From positions 1,224,511 through 1,288,510 of the forward strand of contig OY771555.1 in assembly GCA_963674785.1 (NCBI GenBank): DNA of 64,000 nt. The letters are read 5' to 3'. This stretch comes from Caldisericia bacterium (GTDB lineage: Bacteria > Caldisericota > Caldisericia > JAAYUI01). A program made the translations under genes and the position numbers. Of the stretch, positions 46,130 through 55,519 are shown piece after piece. Under the pieces are notes generated by a model. The model was not told the origin of the DNA, did no database searches, and was given only the letters and a program-made list of their open reading frames with translations. The first letter of the stretch is position 1; every line of letters starts with the position of its first letter.

Positions 46130-46730
46130 CAGAAATCCTCCACTGTTCTTCCATAAACTCATCACCAAAGAAGATTTCTGGTTTTTGGAGTCTTTCAAGA
46201 GTGTTTCTTGACATGTTGACTAATTCATCATCGAGTGTGGATTGTTCAATCTGTTCCCGGATAAGCTCTGATACAAGATCAAACCCTTGAAATATATCCT
46301 TTGTTTTTGAGTAATCTTCCATGAACTTATGATATTCAGCTGGAATTACTGGGAAGGGATATTTGACAATATTCCATATGAATCTTTGGTAATATAAGTA
46401 GCTTCTAGTCTTTGAATTGTAACTGATTTCACTATTAAGCAATGCTTCAATTGCAACAAGATTATTAGTTATTATCCTTTTCTTTTCGCTATTGGTGAAT
46501 TTCACAAATGGTTTTGATGGTTGTTCTTGAAGGTAAACCATTATTGAATCTGCACATTCTCTTTGTGATGCTTTAAAATCAATTTTTTTCAGGGTATTTG
46601 AGTATGATTCCACACTTGATTGATGAATGGATACGTATGCAAACGATAACCCATAAAAAACGATTGAAACCAGTAGTACTATGCTACTGGTTTTTATAAA
46701 ATTGTTTTTGAAAAATTCTCGAAGTTTCAT
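46116..46730 (-). CDS. Membrane-anchored hypothetical protein
   Basis: N-terminal TM 'SSIVLLVSIVFYGLSFAYV', then a soluble helical domain. 204 aa. Confidence 0.45.
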   Translation of the reverse strand: MKLREFFKNNFIKTSSIVLLVSIVFYGLSFAYVSIHQSSVESYSNTLKKIDFKASQRECADSIMVYLQEQPSKPFVKFTNSEKKRIITNNLVAIEALLNSEISYNSKTRSYLYYQRFIWNIVKYPFPVIPAEYHKFMEDYSKTKDIFQGFDLVSELIREQIEQSTLDDELVNMSRNTLERLQKPEIFFGDEFMEEQWRISDEVE

Positions 46731-46779
46731 ATGGACATAGTATTCATTATATCGAGGTTTGCAATGTTTTGAGTCATAC

Positions 46780-48354
46780 CTATTTTGAATATCTCAATAC
46801 AATCTCCTTAGTGTCTGGTACCCATTCAACCTCACAACCAAGACTTTCAGCTAGAAATCTCATTGGAACCATTGTTCTACCGTCGATTATGGTTGGAATA
46901 ACTTCTGGATTGTCAGGGTCAATTTGAGTTTCAACCCCATCAATTCTAGCAGTTGGTTTTCCAATCCAAAGCTCAATGGTTTTATCACCAAGCGTGCAGA
47001 TAACCTTTCTTTCCGTTCCATCCCAGGAAACGCTTCCGCCTAGTGGCTCTGTTACATATCTTGCAGACAAAAGGGTGCGGTCGTTTACTATTGCGGGGGC
47101 AATATCTGAGTCATGTTCGATATTATCAACAGAGTAGCTTTTTTTATCAATCTTGTACTTGACCACTATTGTCCCAGCTTTTCCAAAACAAGTCAGTATT
47201 CCATTAGCATTATCGTAATGAAAAAGTTTCCTGTTCGCTATTTCAATATCAATAAAAAAGGAGTATGGTTTTTTCTCATCGAAGGAATTCAAAACTGAAC
47301 CTGTATTGGCATCAAGAATATAAAAAACCTTTCCATTCGAAAAAAAGAGGTTTTCATTATCTGATACAACGCCATTTAAGAAACCATCATTTTTATGTTT
47401 CCATTTAAGTTTTCCGTTTTTTGGATTATAACAATATAGGGTTTGTGAGGCAGTGATATAAAGATTATTTTCGTCAACTGTTATTTCTGGATAACCCAAA
47501 CTATCATACCAAATTGAATCTTCCCAGACGACTTTCCCATCATTTATTGAGATACACACTAATTTTGCATCACCAGATGCAGGATGTTTGTAGTACGCTC
47601 CAAAACAAAATTGCTCATTTGAAGACAAGACACTATAGCCCCTGTCTTCAAAATCTATTTCCCACTGTTTGGAGAATTTGGTGATATCAGAGCAGACAAG
47701 TTTAGTGTTGAGCTGAAAAATCAATTTATTATTTGATATAATTGGAAAACCGACAAATTCTCCCTCTATATAAGTCGTTTTATCATCTGATTTCAAATCT
47801 ACTTTTTCCATCTTTTTCCAATCAATTGATTGATAAAAACTATTGTTTTTAAATGTACACAAAGAAATTCCATCTTTTGTTCGAGGATCTTTTCTTGACC
47901 ATATCTTTTCTAGAGAATTAACATCAAAACTAGAAGTGATTCTGTAGTTTTCTGAAAGACCGTACACGATTAACTGATCGTTATGGATGCCATATAAACA
48001 GGTATTTTTGAGTTTTTTTCCTTCTTCAAAAACTTCAAAATCCATCAATATTTCACCATTATTAGAATCAATTAACAAAATTGAATCATTTGAGTTAGCT
48101 ACATAAACTATATCGTCATGACAAAAAAAGGCTAAACCTTCATCTCCTTCACTCAGGTGACTCCCTGGAGCTTCCGTTTCCCAAATCCTTTTAAGATATC
48201 TTCCCGGAGAACATTCTCGAGGTACCGAATTAGAAAATGTTGAATCATAATCTTCATGGCACCAGTTGCAATTATTATTTTCGGCAATGATGTTATGCGG
48301 AACAATGCAGAGTATTACAAGCGATACTGAAAGTATAAGTGATATATATTTCAT
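46780..48354 (-). CDS. Secreted PQQ/beta-propeller repeat protein with C-terminal tandem CAO-N-like module; CxxCH directly after the signal peptide
   Basis: Signal peptide 'MKYISLILSVSLVILCIVPHNIIA'. 'NCNWCHED'. C-terminal 'IVNDRTLLSARYVTEPLGG' and 'IDGRTMVPMRFLAESLGCEVEW'. Confidence 0.75.
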   Translation of the reverse strand: MKYISLILSVSLVILCIVPHNIIAENNNCNWCHEDYDSTFSNSVPRECSPGRYLKRIWETEAPGSHLSEGDEGLAFFCHDDIVYVANSNDSILLIDSNNGEILMDFEVFEEGKKLKNTCLYGIHNDQLIVYGLSENYRITSSFDVNSLEKIWSRKDPRTKDGISLCTFKNNSFYQSIDWKKMEKVDLKSDDKTTYIEGEFVGFPIISNNKLIFQLNTKLVCSDITKFSKQWEIDFEDRGYSVLSSNEQFCFGAYYKHPASGDAKLVCISINDGKVVWEDSIWYDSLGYPEITVDENNLYITASQTLYCYNPKNGKLKWKHKNDGFLNGVVSDNENLFFSNGKVFYILDANTGSVLNSFDEKKPYSFFIDIEIANRKLFHYDNANGILTCFGKAGTIVVKYKIDKKSYSVDNIEHDSDIAPAIVNDRTLLSARYVTEPLGGSVSWDGTERKVICTLGDKTIELWIGKPTARIDGVETQIDPDNPEVIPTIIDGRTMVPMRFLAESLGCEVEWVPDTKEIVLRYSK

Positions 48355-48379
48355 AATCTATTTCCTTTGGGTTCCATGA

Positions 48380-48679
48380 TTATGGCGTCCCTCCATAATA
48401 AATGCACTCCCATCTCCAATAATTAGGCGAATCTTTTGGGTTGTCTGGATCTCCATAATAAAACCATATTTTATAACCATCCGTTCCTAGACCTATAGCT
48501 TCCAAACAGTTATAAGATCCCTGATTTGCTCTCTCAAAAACTGTAACTGCGTAACCCGGTTTATAGTTTCCATCCATCTTCCAGGAGAATGTGGTATCAT
48601 CTGCGCCCAAGAATATCTTAGTAACTGGGGTTACTGAGCCGTTTGTTACCTTAATGACGTTACGAGTAGTAGGTACCAT
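48380..48679 (-). CDS. Small hypothetical protein (99 aa) between two paralogous surface-protein genes
   Basis: Open frame only. Trp/Tyr-rich, no signal peptide, no motif. Confidence 0.25.
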   Translation of the reverse strand: MVPTTRNVIKVTNGSVTPVTKIFLGADDTTFSWKMDGNYKPGYAVTVFERANQGSYNCLEAIGLGTDGYKIWFYYGDPDNPKDSPNYWRWECIYYGGTP

Positions 48680-48798
48680 CTAATGTTTCTTCTTCATCAT
48701 AGTTCATACCTTACCCTTACCCATTCAAAGGGTAATTGTCCAGGAATGAGGGATAAAACAATGCCCTCCTTGAATACTTCTTTCACAAGTATTTTATA

Positions 48799-51700
48799 TT
48801 ATGGTGAATGTGTAAGAATGATCTCTTTCGTCTCCGCAATCCACTCAACTTCACAACCAAGACTTTCAGCTAGAAATCTCATTGGTACCATTGTTCGACC
48901 GTCGATTATGGTTGGAACAACTTCTGGATTGTTAGGGTCAATTTGAGTTTCAACCCCATCAATTCTAGCAGTTGGTTTTCCAATCCAAAGCTCAATGGTT
49001 TTATCACCTAGTGTACAGATAACCTTTCTTTCTGTTCCATCCCAGGAAACGTTTCCGCCTAGTGGCTCCGTTACATATCTTGCAGGAAGCAGAGTTCTTC
49101 CACCAATTACCTGCGGGACAACGTCCATTTTTTGTGCACTTTCATCAATATAGTATGTATCTGATCCAAGCTGATATTTGACGCTTATTGTGGTTGGTTC
49201 TTCCGTTATAATATCATCTTCGTTCTTGCCACCATTTGAAGGTGGTGGGGCTGGTTTGTCTCTGTAGGTTTTGTAACAGAAAAGATCTTTTCCAACTGTT
49301 GTGTATATTGCTCCATCTGCAATGGCAATTTTATTTGCAGCGAGATTTGTTTCGATTATCTCTGGTTTTTCTCCGTGTATATCAATTATCTGAAGCATGC
49401 TTCCTTTGGAGAGGAATACATAACCTCCATGAACTGCAAACCCATTTCCGAGGTCGTATTCATCTCTGACTCTCCATTTCAGTTCACTAGTGTTTGCATC
49501 TACTGCAAATATCTGATTGCTTGAAAGGATTATGAGGTCACCTTTATAATAGTGCAGGAAATCGTCTGGGACAGTTGTGTTTTTTTCCATCCTGTAGTGC
49601 CATTTGAGTTCACCGGAAACAGCTTTATAGCAGTACATCCTTCGCCCCTTGGCTCTTGCAAAAACCTTTTCATCATAAACTATGGGTTGGCCGAACGAGA
49701 TATTCTCCGGAGTGATCCACATTAACTCTCCAGTATAGAGCGACAAGCAAAGTATTCTGTTGTCTTTATCAAGTGTGTAAATCATTCCATTTTGAGAAAC
49801 CGGTTGGATTTCGGGATTAACATCATCTCTTCTCCAAAGTACGTCACCAGTAATTGGGTCTATGCAATGGAGTCTGTTGATTGCAAGCATTGTAGATACA
49901 TATTTTGAAACAAATAGAACCCTATTTTTTGCAACAAATGGTGATGTTATGAATTTTGGATGATAGTGGTAACCAAATTTCCAGGTTTCTGAGCCGTCTT
50001 TTCTTGAAATTGAGTGGAACATCCCGTCATTGCCGCCTGTATAGACAGCATTATTTGAAAGAGCAAGTTCGCTCAGTTCTGTACCTTCTATTTCGCTGCT
50101 ATATTTGACTTCTCCATTTTCACTGTCGATTGCAAGCAACATACTTTTGTCTAATCGTGTTATTTTTGATGTGATATATGCAGTGCCATTTGCAACAACT
50201 GGTTGGGTGGGGACAAATGAGTTTTCAAGTTTCCAGTAGAGTTCTAGATTTGAAATATCAATTTCGCAATCTGATTCCTCTCGAAGATAATCTTCTTTTA
50301 TGAATCCCCTGGCCATATACCAACCACAAGGATCATTGTCCTCAAATATCTCTTCCTCCGGTAGTTCTGATGGCGGGTTTGGATCGGTTGGTGGAAGTGG
50401 CTCTGGGTCAGGGTCAGGAACAGGATCAAATATCCAATCATCTTCTGATCTTGGTGAAAGAGCATAGCAGTAAAGACAGTTTTCTCCCTGGATATAAAAA
50501 ACCTTACCGTCAATTACACTGTAATACTTGTCGTCATCAATTAACATCCTCGTTGCTGGTTCATGAACAAGGAACATCCAAAGCGTTTTTCCAGTTTCCG
50601 GTTCAACTGCGATGACATAACTTTTCTCACCTTTTGTGCCTGTAAAATAGTAAGTGTCACCAGATAGTTGTTTGAATCTATAACCTTTACGGATGTTAAA
50701 TTTACCCTTCTCGATCCTCCATCTTTCTTCCTTTGTTTCCAAATCAATCCCAACAATATCAACAAATTCTGAGTTCTCTTGAAACTCCTCAAAGATAAGT
50801 GTGTTGTTGTATCTTGCCAGAGAATCCACGTACCCCTTTGAATCAAAACTCCATAATAGATCTCCAGTGTATCTATTTACACAATTGATAATATCAATTT
50901 TATGTCCCTTGGATGCTACAAGAAGTTTGTTGTCCCAAATTGTTGGATTTCCTGAAACATTATGTGAAAGAGAATCAAATCTCCATATTGGTTTTCCGGT
51001 AAGCTTATCAGTGCAATTGAGCTCAGTACTTACCCAGTACAGGTAGTCTCCTCCATATGCTCCTAGAAAGTTGGGGTAATCAAATGGATAATCAAGTTTT
51101 GTACTCCATCTGACGTTGCCATCAGTCGAGTTTAGGCAAAAAAGTTCACCATTACAGTTACCGAGGTAGACTCCACCATCATATTCTTGAATGTGAACAG
51201 GACAGTTGGGTGTTCTGTATCCATGGACCTGGTCTTTGCTCATCCAATCTCTTGTTTGAGTTCTTACATCATACTTCCAAATTGTTTGATAGGAATTGTG
51301 ATCACCAAGAGCAGCACAGTAAAGCTTTCCTCTATTTGAATAGTATTGATATCCATATGTGTCTTCAAGATCAAGCCCTATGTAGACTACTTTTTCCCAG
51401 AGTTCTTTCCCAGTTTTTTTATCTAAGTAGTTAAGAAAAACGTTTGCATGCCTATTCTGTGGGTCTGGAACTTGTTTATATTCAACAAAGACATTGCCGT
51501 AATATGTTGCTACTGCCTTATAGTTGCATCTCCTCCAGACAAGGTTGATATTGCTTCCGTGCATTGTTATTTCATCACCCTCCATTGGGGGATCAGGTTC
51601 TGGCACAGGCTCTTTCCCTGGTTTTGCCTTGGCTGAAAGACAATAAATTTCTCCATCGAAACTATTAACAAAGATTTTTCCGTATCCGATAGATGGTGTG

Positions 51701-52776
51701 GATCGGAATGTTTTCTCGAGATTCTTCTCGAGCAAAATATTTCCTTTGTTTGCTAGATCTAGTACGAATAGCTTGCCCTTATCATTAATAACTATTATTT
51801 TTGTTCCGACTATCACAGGAGAATTGCTTACTCCATCTACTTCCAGATTTTTCTCCCAAATCCTTATGCCATCTTTTTTTCTTATGCAATGGATACTCCC
51901 GTCAGTTGCTGCTGCGATAACAAGAGCATCTGTAACTGCAGCTGAGGTATCAAAGCTGTCATCAAATCGTTTAAACCAGTTGACATATTCCCCATTGCTG
52001 CTACTGATGCAGGCTATAGACCCATCATCAAAAGTGAAATATAGATATTTATCTGAATAGCTTGGTGCTGTTGCAATCTGGTTGCTGAAACGCCTGCTCC
52101 AAATAACAGTACCATTGTCCTTATCAAGACAGTATACTTGTTTATTGCTATCAGAAAAAACTATCCCTGTATCTGTTTCACAAGGAGATGTAACAATCAT
52201 TTCTTCAGCAACTCTTGACCATATCATGGAACCATCAGAAAGATCAAGACAAGCAATGACAGCCAACTCAGTGGCTATATAGATTTTCTCATCGATTATA
52301 ATTGGTGAGGAGGAGACTGGTCCTTTCATTTTCTTAGTCCAGATGATTCCTCCAGTTTCGTTATCGAGACAAAAAACTTTTCCATCCTCAGAATACGTTG
52401 GAACAATAATCTTGCTTTCATTTGTGCATGGTGTTGCGACGATTTCTGCTTCAAGATTTTTTCTCCATACCATTGTGCTGGATGAAATATCAAATCTGTT
52501 GACCATGCCTGAATTACTCGTCGTATAGATTGAGTCAAATGTTACAAGTGGTGAAGTTGAAAAGCCTGACTCAATTTTCCTATTCCAGAAGATGCCAAAA
52601 TCTGTGAAATCAATATCACATGAGTCTTTGATAAATTGAGTTCTTGCGTTGTTCCCGCCCCAGCAAAACCAGTTACAATCACTGGATGCATCAGCATTTT
52701 CAGTGTGTATCCCTGGTAAGATCATTGTAGATATCAATAAGATTGCCAAAAGGATTCTTTTCATTTTTGCCTCCAT
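48799..52776 (-). CDS. Giant (1325 aa) secreted multi-propeller PQQ-repeat protein with C-terminal tandem CAO-N-like module
   Basis: Signal peptide 'MKRILLAILLISTMILPGIHT'. Multiple 'xxG.ViW' beta-propeller blades. Pro-rich linkers ('PEPDPPMEGD', 'DPVPDPDPEPLPPTDPNPP'). C-terminal ~95 aa nearly identical to 46780-48354. Confidence 0.8.
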   Translation of the reverse strand: MEAKMKRILLAILLISTMILPGIHTENADASSDCNWFCWGGNNARTQFIKDSCDIDFTDFGIFWNRKIESGFSTSPLVTFDSIYTTSNSGMVNRFDISSSTMVWRKNLEAEIVATPCTNESKIIVPTYSEDGKVFCLDNETGGIIWTKKMKGPVSSSPIIIDEKIYIATELAVIACLDLSDGSMIWSRVAEEMIVTSPCETDTGIVFSDSNKQVYCLDKDNGTVIWSRRFSNQIATAPSYSDKYLYFTFDDGSIACISSSNGEYVNWFKRFDDSFDTSAAVTDALVIAAATDGSIHCIRKKDGIRIWEKNLEVDGVSNSPVIVGTKIIVINDKGKLFVLDLANKGNILLEKNLEKTFRSTPSIGYGKIFVNSFDGEIYCLSAKAKPGKEPVPEPDPPMEGDEITMHGSNINLVWRRCNYKAVATYYGNVFVEYKQVPDPQNRHANVFLNYLDKKTGKELWEKVVYIGLDLEDTYGYQYYSNRGKLYCAALGDHNSYQTIWKYDVRTQTRDWMSKDQVHGYRTPNCPVHIQEYDGGVYLGNCNGELFCLNSTDGNVRWSTKLDYPFDYPNFLGAYGGDYLYWVSTELNCTDKLTGKPIWRFDSLSHNVSGNPTIWDNKLLVASKGHKIDIINCVNRYTGDLLWSFDSKGYVDSLARYNNTLIFEEFQENSEFVDIVGIDLETKEERWRIEKGKFNIRKGYRFKQLSGDTYYFTGTKGEKSYVIAVEPETGKTLWMFLVHEPATRMLIDDDKYYSVIDGKVFYIQGENCLYCYALSPRSEDDWIFDPVPDPDPEPLPPTDPNPPSELPEEEIFEDNDPCGWYMARGFIKEDYLREESDCEIDISNLELYWKLENSFVPTQPVVANGTAYITSKITRLDKSMLLAIDSENGEVKYSSEIEGTELSELALSNNAVYTGGNDGMFHSISRKDGSETWKFGYHYHPKFITSPFVAKNRVLFVSKYVSTMLAINRLHCIDPITGDVLWRRDDVNPEIQPVSQNGMIYTLDKDNRILCLSLYTGELMWITPENISFGQPIVYDEKVFARAKGRRMYCYKAVSGELKWHYRMEKNTTVPDDFLHYYKGDLIILSSNQIFAVDANTSELKWRVRDEYDLGNGFAVHGGYVFLSKGSMLQIIDIHGEKPEIIETNLAANKIAIADGAIYTTVGKDLFCYKTYRDKPAPPPSNGGKNEDDIITEEPTTISVKYQLGSDTYYIDESAQKMDVVPQVIGGRTLLPARYVTEPLGGNVSWDGTERKVICTLGDKTIELWIGKPTARIDGVETQIDPNNPEVVPTIIDGRTMVPMRFLAESLGCEVEWIAETKEIILTHSP

Positions 52777-52852
52777 AGAGCCATTCTATCCACAAGAAAC
52801 CGCTCATTCTACTAACAATCAAGAGAAGAAGAGTTAAAAATCAAGTTTTATT

Positions 52853-55369
52853 CTAATATGACACTGACGGATAAACAATCTCAATTGCCTGTTCATCAGC
52901 AATCCAGTTAACTTCTGCACCAACTGATTCACATGCGAATCTGAGTGGAAGCATTGTTCTTCCCTTAACAATCGTTGGATAGAGAACTGTAGTACCATCG
53001 GCACCAATAATCTTTTTCTCGACACCATTTATTTTTGCAACAGGGTTATCAATCCAAAGCTGAACTTTGATGTCACCAAGTGTTGCATCAACTCTTCTTT
53101 CGTCTCCATCCCAACCAATTGTTGCCCCAAGTGCTTCATAAACAGCTCTTACTGGCATATAGGTATTGTTATGAAGATCGTGAGGGAGTGGGGGAGAAGT
53201 GTTGACTGGTTTTGGGTCAAGTTCAGGCATCTCTTCACCATTTTTTTTAAATCTTGGGGTATTTACCCAGAGTTTGAGTCTTGTCCGGGTATCAGACTCT
53301 TGCAACATATATTCTTTTATTTCTGAATTCCCAGCCCTATCAACAACCTTAATATCGATAACCATCTCAATCCCTGTCATCTCAATATCCCTATAAAACC
53401 AAGCTAATTCTGTGGATGTGTCGACAAGCTCATCAGCTTCTTCTCCATTGATAAAAACTCTTGCATCAGGCTCGGTTTCAATTTTCACCCTAAAAGCTTC
53501 AAATTCCCTAATAATAGTGTTTTCATTTGGTTCAAGAACCACAAACTCTGGCGGAGTAATATCATAGGTAATTTTAAATACTGGAGTAAAACTTAAGTTA
53601 CAAGCTTGATCCGTATATTTAAGATCAAAAACACTTGTTCCGTCTATCAATTCAACTTTGTATTCCCATTCTTTTGCCATCTTATCTTCATAAAAAGATG
53701 TCATTTCTCCCTTTGAAATAACACTTATTCTTGATGAGCCATTCTGAGCGATTGTCACGGAATCAAAGTATTGATTCTTGATTTCTCCGTTTTCTTCTAT
53801 GTTTTCTGCAAAGATTTCACCTCTGAATGTAAATACTTTTTTGTTTGTATACACTCGATTCTCTGTTGGATAGGTAATAGATGCTTCGGGTTTTGAGGTA
53901 TCAATCATAATTCTTTTATGGTTTGGGCTTTCTTTTGTTCCATCGGTTTCTGAGTAGTAGTAAAAATCAATGATGCTACACTCATCATCAATAAAAATTG
54001 GTTTTAAATATTCGTGGGGGTCATTTTCACCGCCCTCAAAGTAGTAATAGACTTTCACATCTGGATTATTACAAGCTAGCTCTATCTCTATTGGCTCGTT
54101 GTACCACCCATCGCAACCAAGTTTTTCTTCTTCATCAATAATTTTGAGAGTTGTTTCAATCTCCCTTTCTTTTACCTCAAGGGCTTCTGATTCGATGAAT
54201 TCTGGTTCAGAAGTTGTTGATACAAAAACAGAAAATGGCTCTTCACACTTGTTTTCAAAAAGCTTCCCATCGATTTCTATCTCTACATGACCATTGTTAT
54301 TGACATCAACGGGGCTAACAAATGAAATGATATTGTTCTTTTTGTCCAATTCAAAGTTCGAATCCTCACGAATCCCCTGGACTCCGTTTACTGTGAAGTA
54401 TTTTGATAACGTATATTTTTTTGCAACCTCAAAACAATTTGGGAAATCGATGATTATTTTTGATGAATCTTTATCAAGAGCACCACCCTCACCGACATTG
54501 AATTCAACATTATATTTTGTAATCTCGCCTTCATCATTCAAATAATAAAAGAAATTGGGTTTAGATATCTCTGAACATGGGAGCACAAAAGAATCAGATT
54601 CAACTGGAGTTGGTTCGGCTTTTGTTGCAACTCTTAATCTATATCTTCCAGGTGTTGCGGGAGAGATGATTCCTGTTTTAGCGGAAACACCTAAGGCAAT
54701 TGGATTGTATCCTTGCCTCCAAGTTTCAATCCCATAGCTTGTCAAAAATTTTATTGATCTCTCGGTGCAGGTTTGAGTGATTTCTGGATAATACCACCAC
54801 CTGCATGGGTCATATCCAACCATTAATAAATCATCGAATTTTGACAAGAATTGTTCTCTATCTTCATCATCTTCTGGAATAGATGGAAAAACTGTTCCGA
54901 GAAGATACTCTTTGTCATCAAAATTAATAACACTTTTTAGCTCTCGATTCGAAGAAGTTTCACAATCACCTATGTCAATATACTTTACTTCCGGTATTTC
55001 ATCCATACCTGAAGTTTTATAAATCTTATTTTTTGTAATAAGTCTACAATTTTTTGATTCCAGATATGCAAGATTGTATTCCTGGTCAATTTCACCACAA
55101 ATTTCTTTAGGATCTGAATCTGCTTCTGTTACTGGAAACCATATTTTAAACCAGTCATGTGGATCCAAATCGATATTCAACAACACATGTATAGTAAAGT
55201 TATTCAACGAGTTTGCTCTTGCTCGTCCTGGCTCTTTATCACCCCAACTGGTATTTAACTCCACACGAACTGGCCCTAAAACAGCACCTGTGGTATCAAT
55301 CCATAAGAATGAAAAAACTAATAACACTACAACTATTGTTATAAAAAGCTTTTTTGAGTTTCTGTTCAT
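52853..55369 (-). CDS. Surface protein (signal anchor) with C-terminal tandem CAO-N-like module
   Basis: GAGGGGG Shine-Dalgarno 8 nt upstream of the ATG at 55369 ('MNRNSKKLFITIVVVLLVF'); the ORF track GTG start at 55387 is less likely. C-terminal 'NTYMPVRAVYEALGATIGW' and 'KGRTMLPLRFACESVGAEVNW'. Confidence 0.75.
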   Translation of the reverse strand: MNRNSKKLFITIVVVLLVFSFLWIDTTGAVLGPVRVELNTSWGDKEPGRARANSLNNFTIHVLLNIDLDPHDWFKIWFPVTEADSDPKEICGEIDQEYNLAYLESKNCRLITKNKIYKTSGMDEIPEVKYIDIGDCETSSNRELKSVINFDDKEYLLGTVFPSIPEDDEDREQFLSKFDDLLMVGYDPCRWWYYPEITQTCTERSIKFLTSYGIETWRQGYNPIALGVSAKTGIISPATPGRYRLRVATKAEPTPVESDSFVLPCSEISKPNFFYYLNDEGEITKYNVEFNVGEGGALDKDSSKIIIDFPNCFEVAKKYTLSKYFTVNGVQGIREDSNFELDKKNNIISFVSPVDVNNNGHVEIEIDGKLFENKCEEPFSVFVSTTSEPEFIESEALEVKEREIETTLKIIDEEEKLGCDGWYNEPIEIELACNNPDVKVYYYFEGGENDPHEYLKPIFIDDECSIIDFYYYSETDGTKESPNHKRIMIDTSKPEASITYPTENRVYTNKKVFTFRGEIFAENIEENGEIKNQYFDSVTIAQNGSSRISVISKGEMTSFYEDKMAKEWEYKVELIDGTSVFDLKYTDQACNLSFTPVFKITYDITPPEFVVLEPNENTIIREFEAFRVKIETEPDARVFINGEEADELVDTSTELAWFYRDIEMTGIEMVIDIKVVDRAGNSEIKEYMLQESDTRTRLKLWVNTPRFKKNGEEMPELDPKPVNTSPPLPHDLHNNTYMPVRAVYEALGATIGWDGDERRVDATLGDIKVQLWIDNPVAKINGVEKKIIGADGTTVLYPTIVKGRTMLPLRFACESVGAEVNWIADEQAIEIVYPSVSY

Positions 55370-55462
55370 AAAACTACCCCCTCTCACATAAAACCATTAT
55401 CTTCAGAACAAGACCCCTAAGCAATAGATAGAAGGGGATATAAAAGTAAAATCACACAAAAA

Positions 55463-55490
55463 GAAAAACCCCCTGGAATTTCCAGGGGGT
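55463..55490 (-). terminator. Rho-independent terminator downstream of the 1877-aa surface-protein gene
   Basis: 'CCCCCTGGAatTTCCAGGGGG' hairpin at 55469-55489; on the minus strand it is followed by TTTTTCTTTTT. Confidence 0.8.
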
Positions 55491-55519
55491 TCGCTATATC
55501 AAAAATTCTTACTTAAAAA

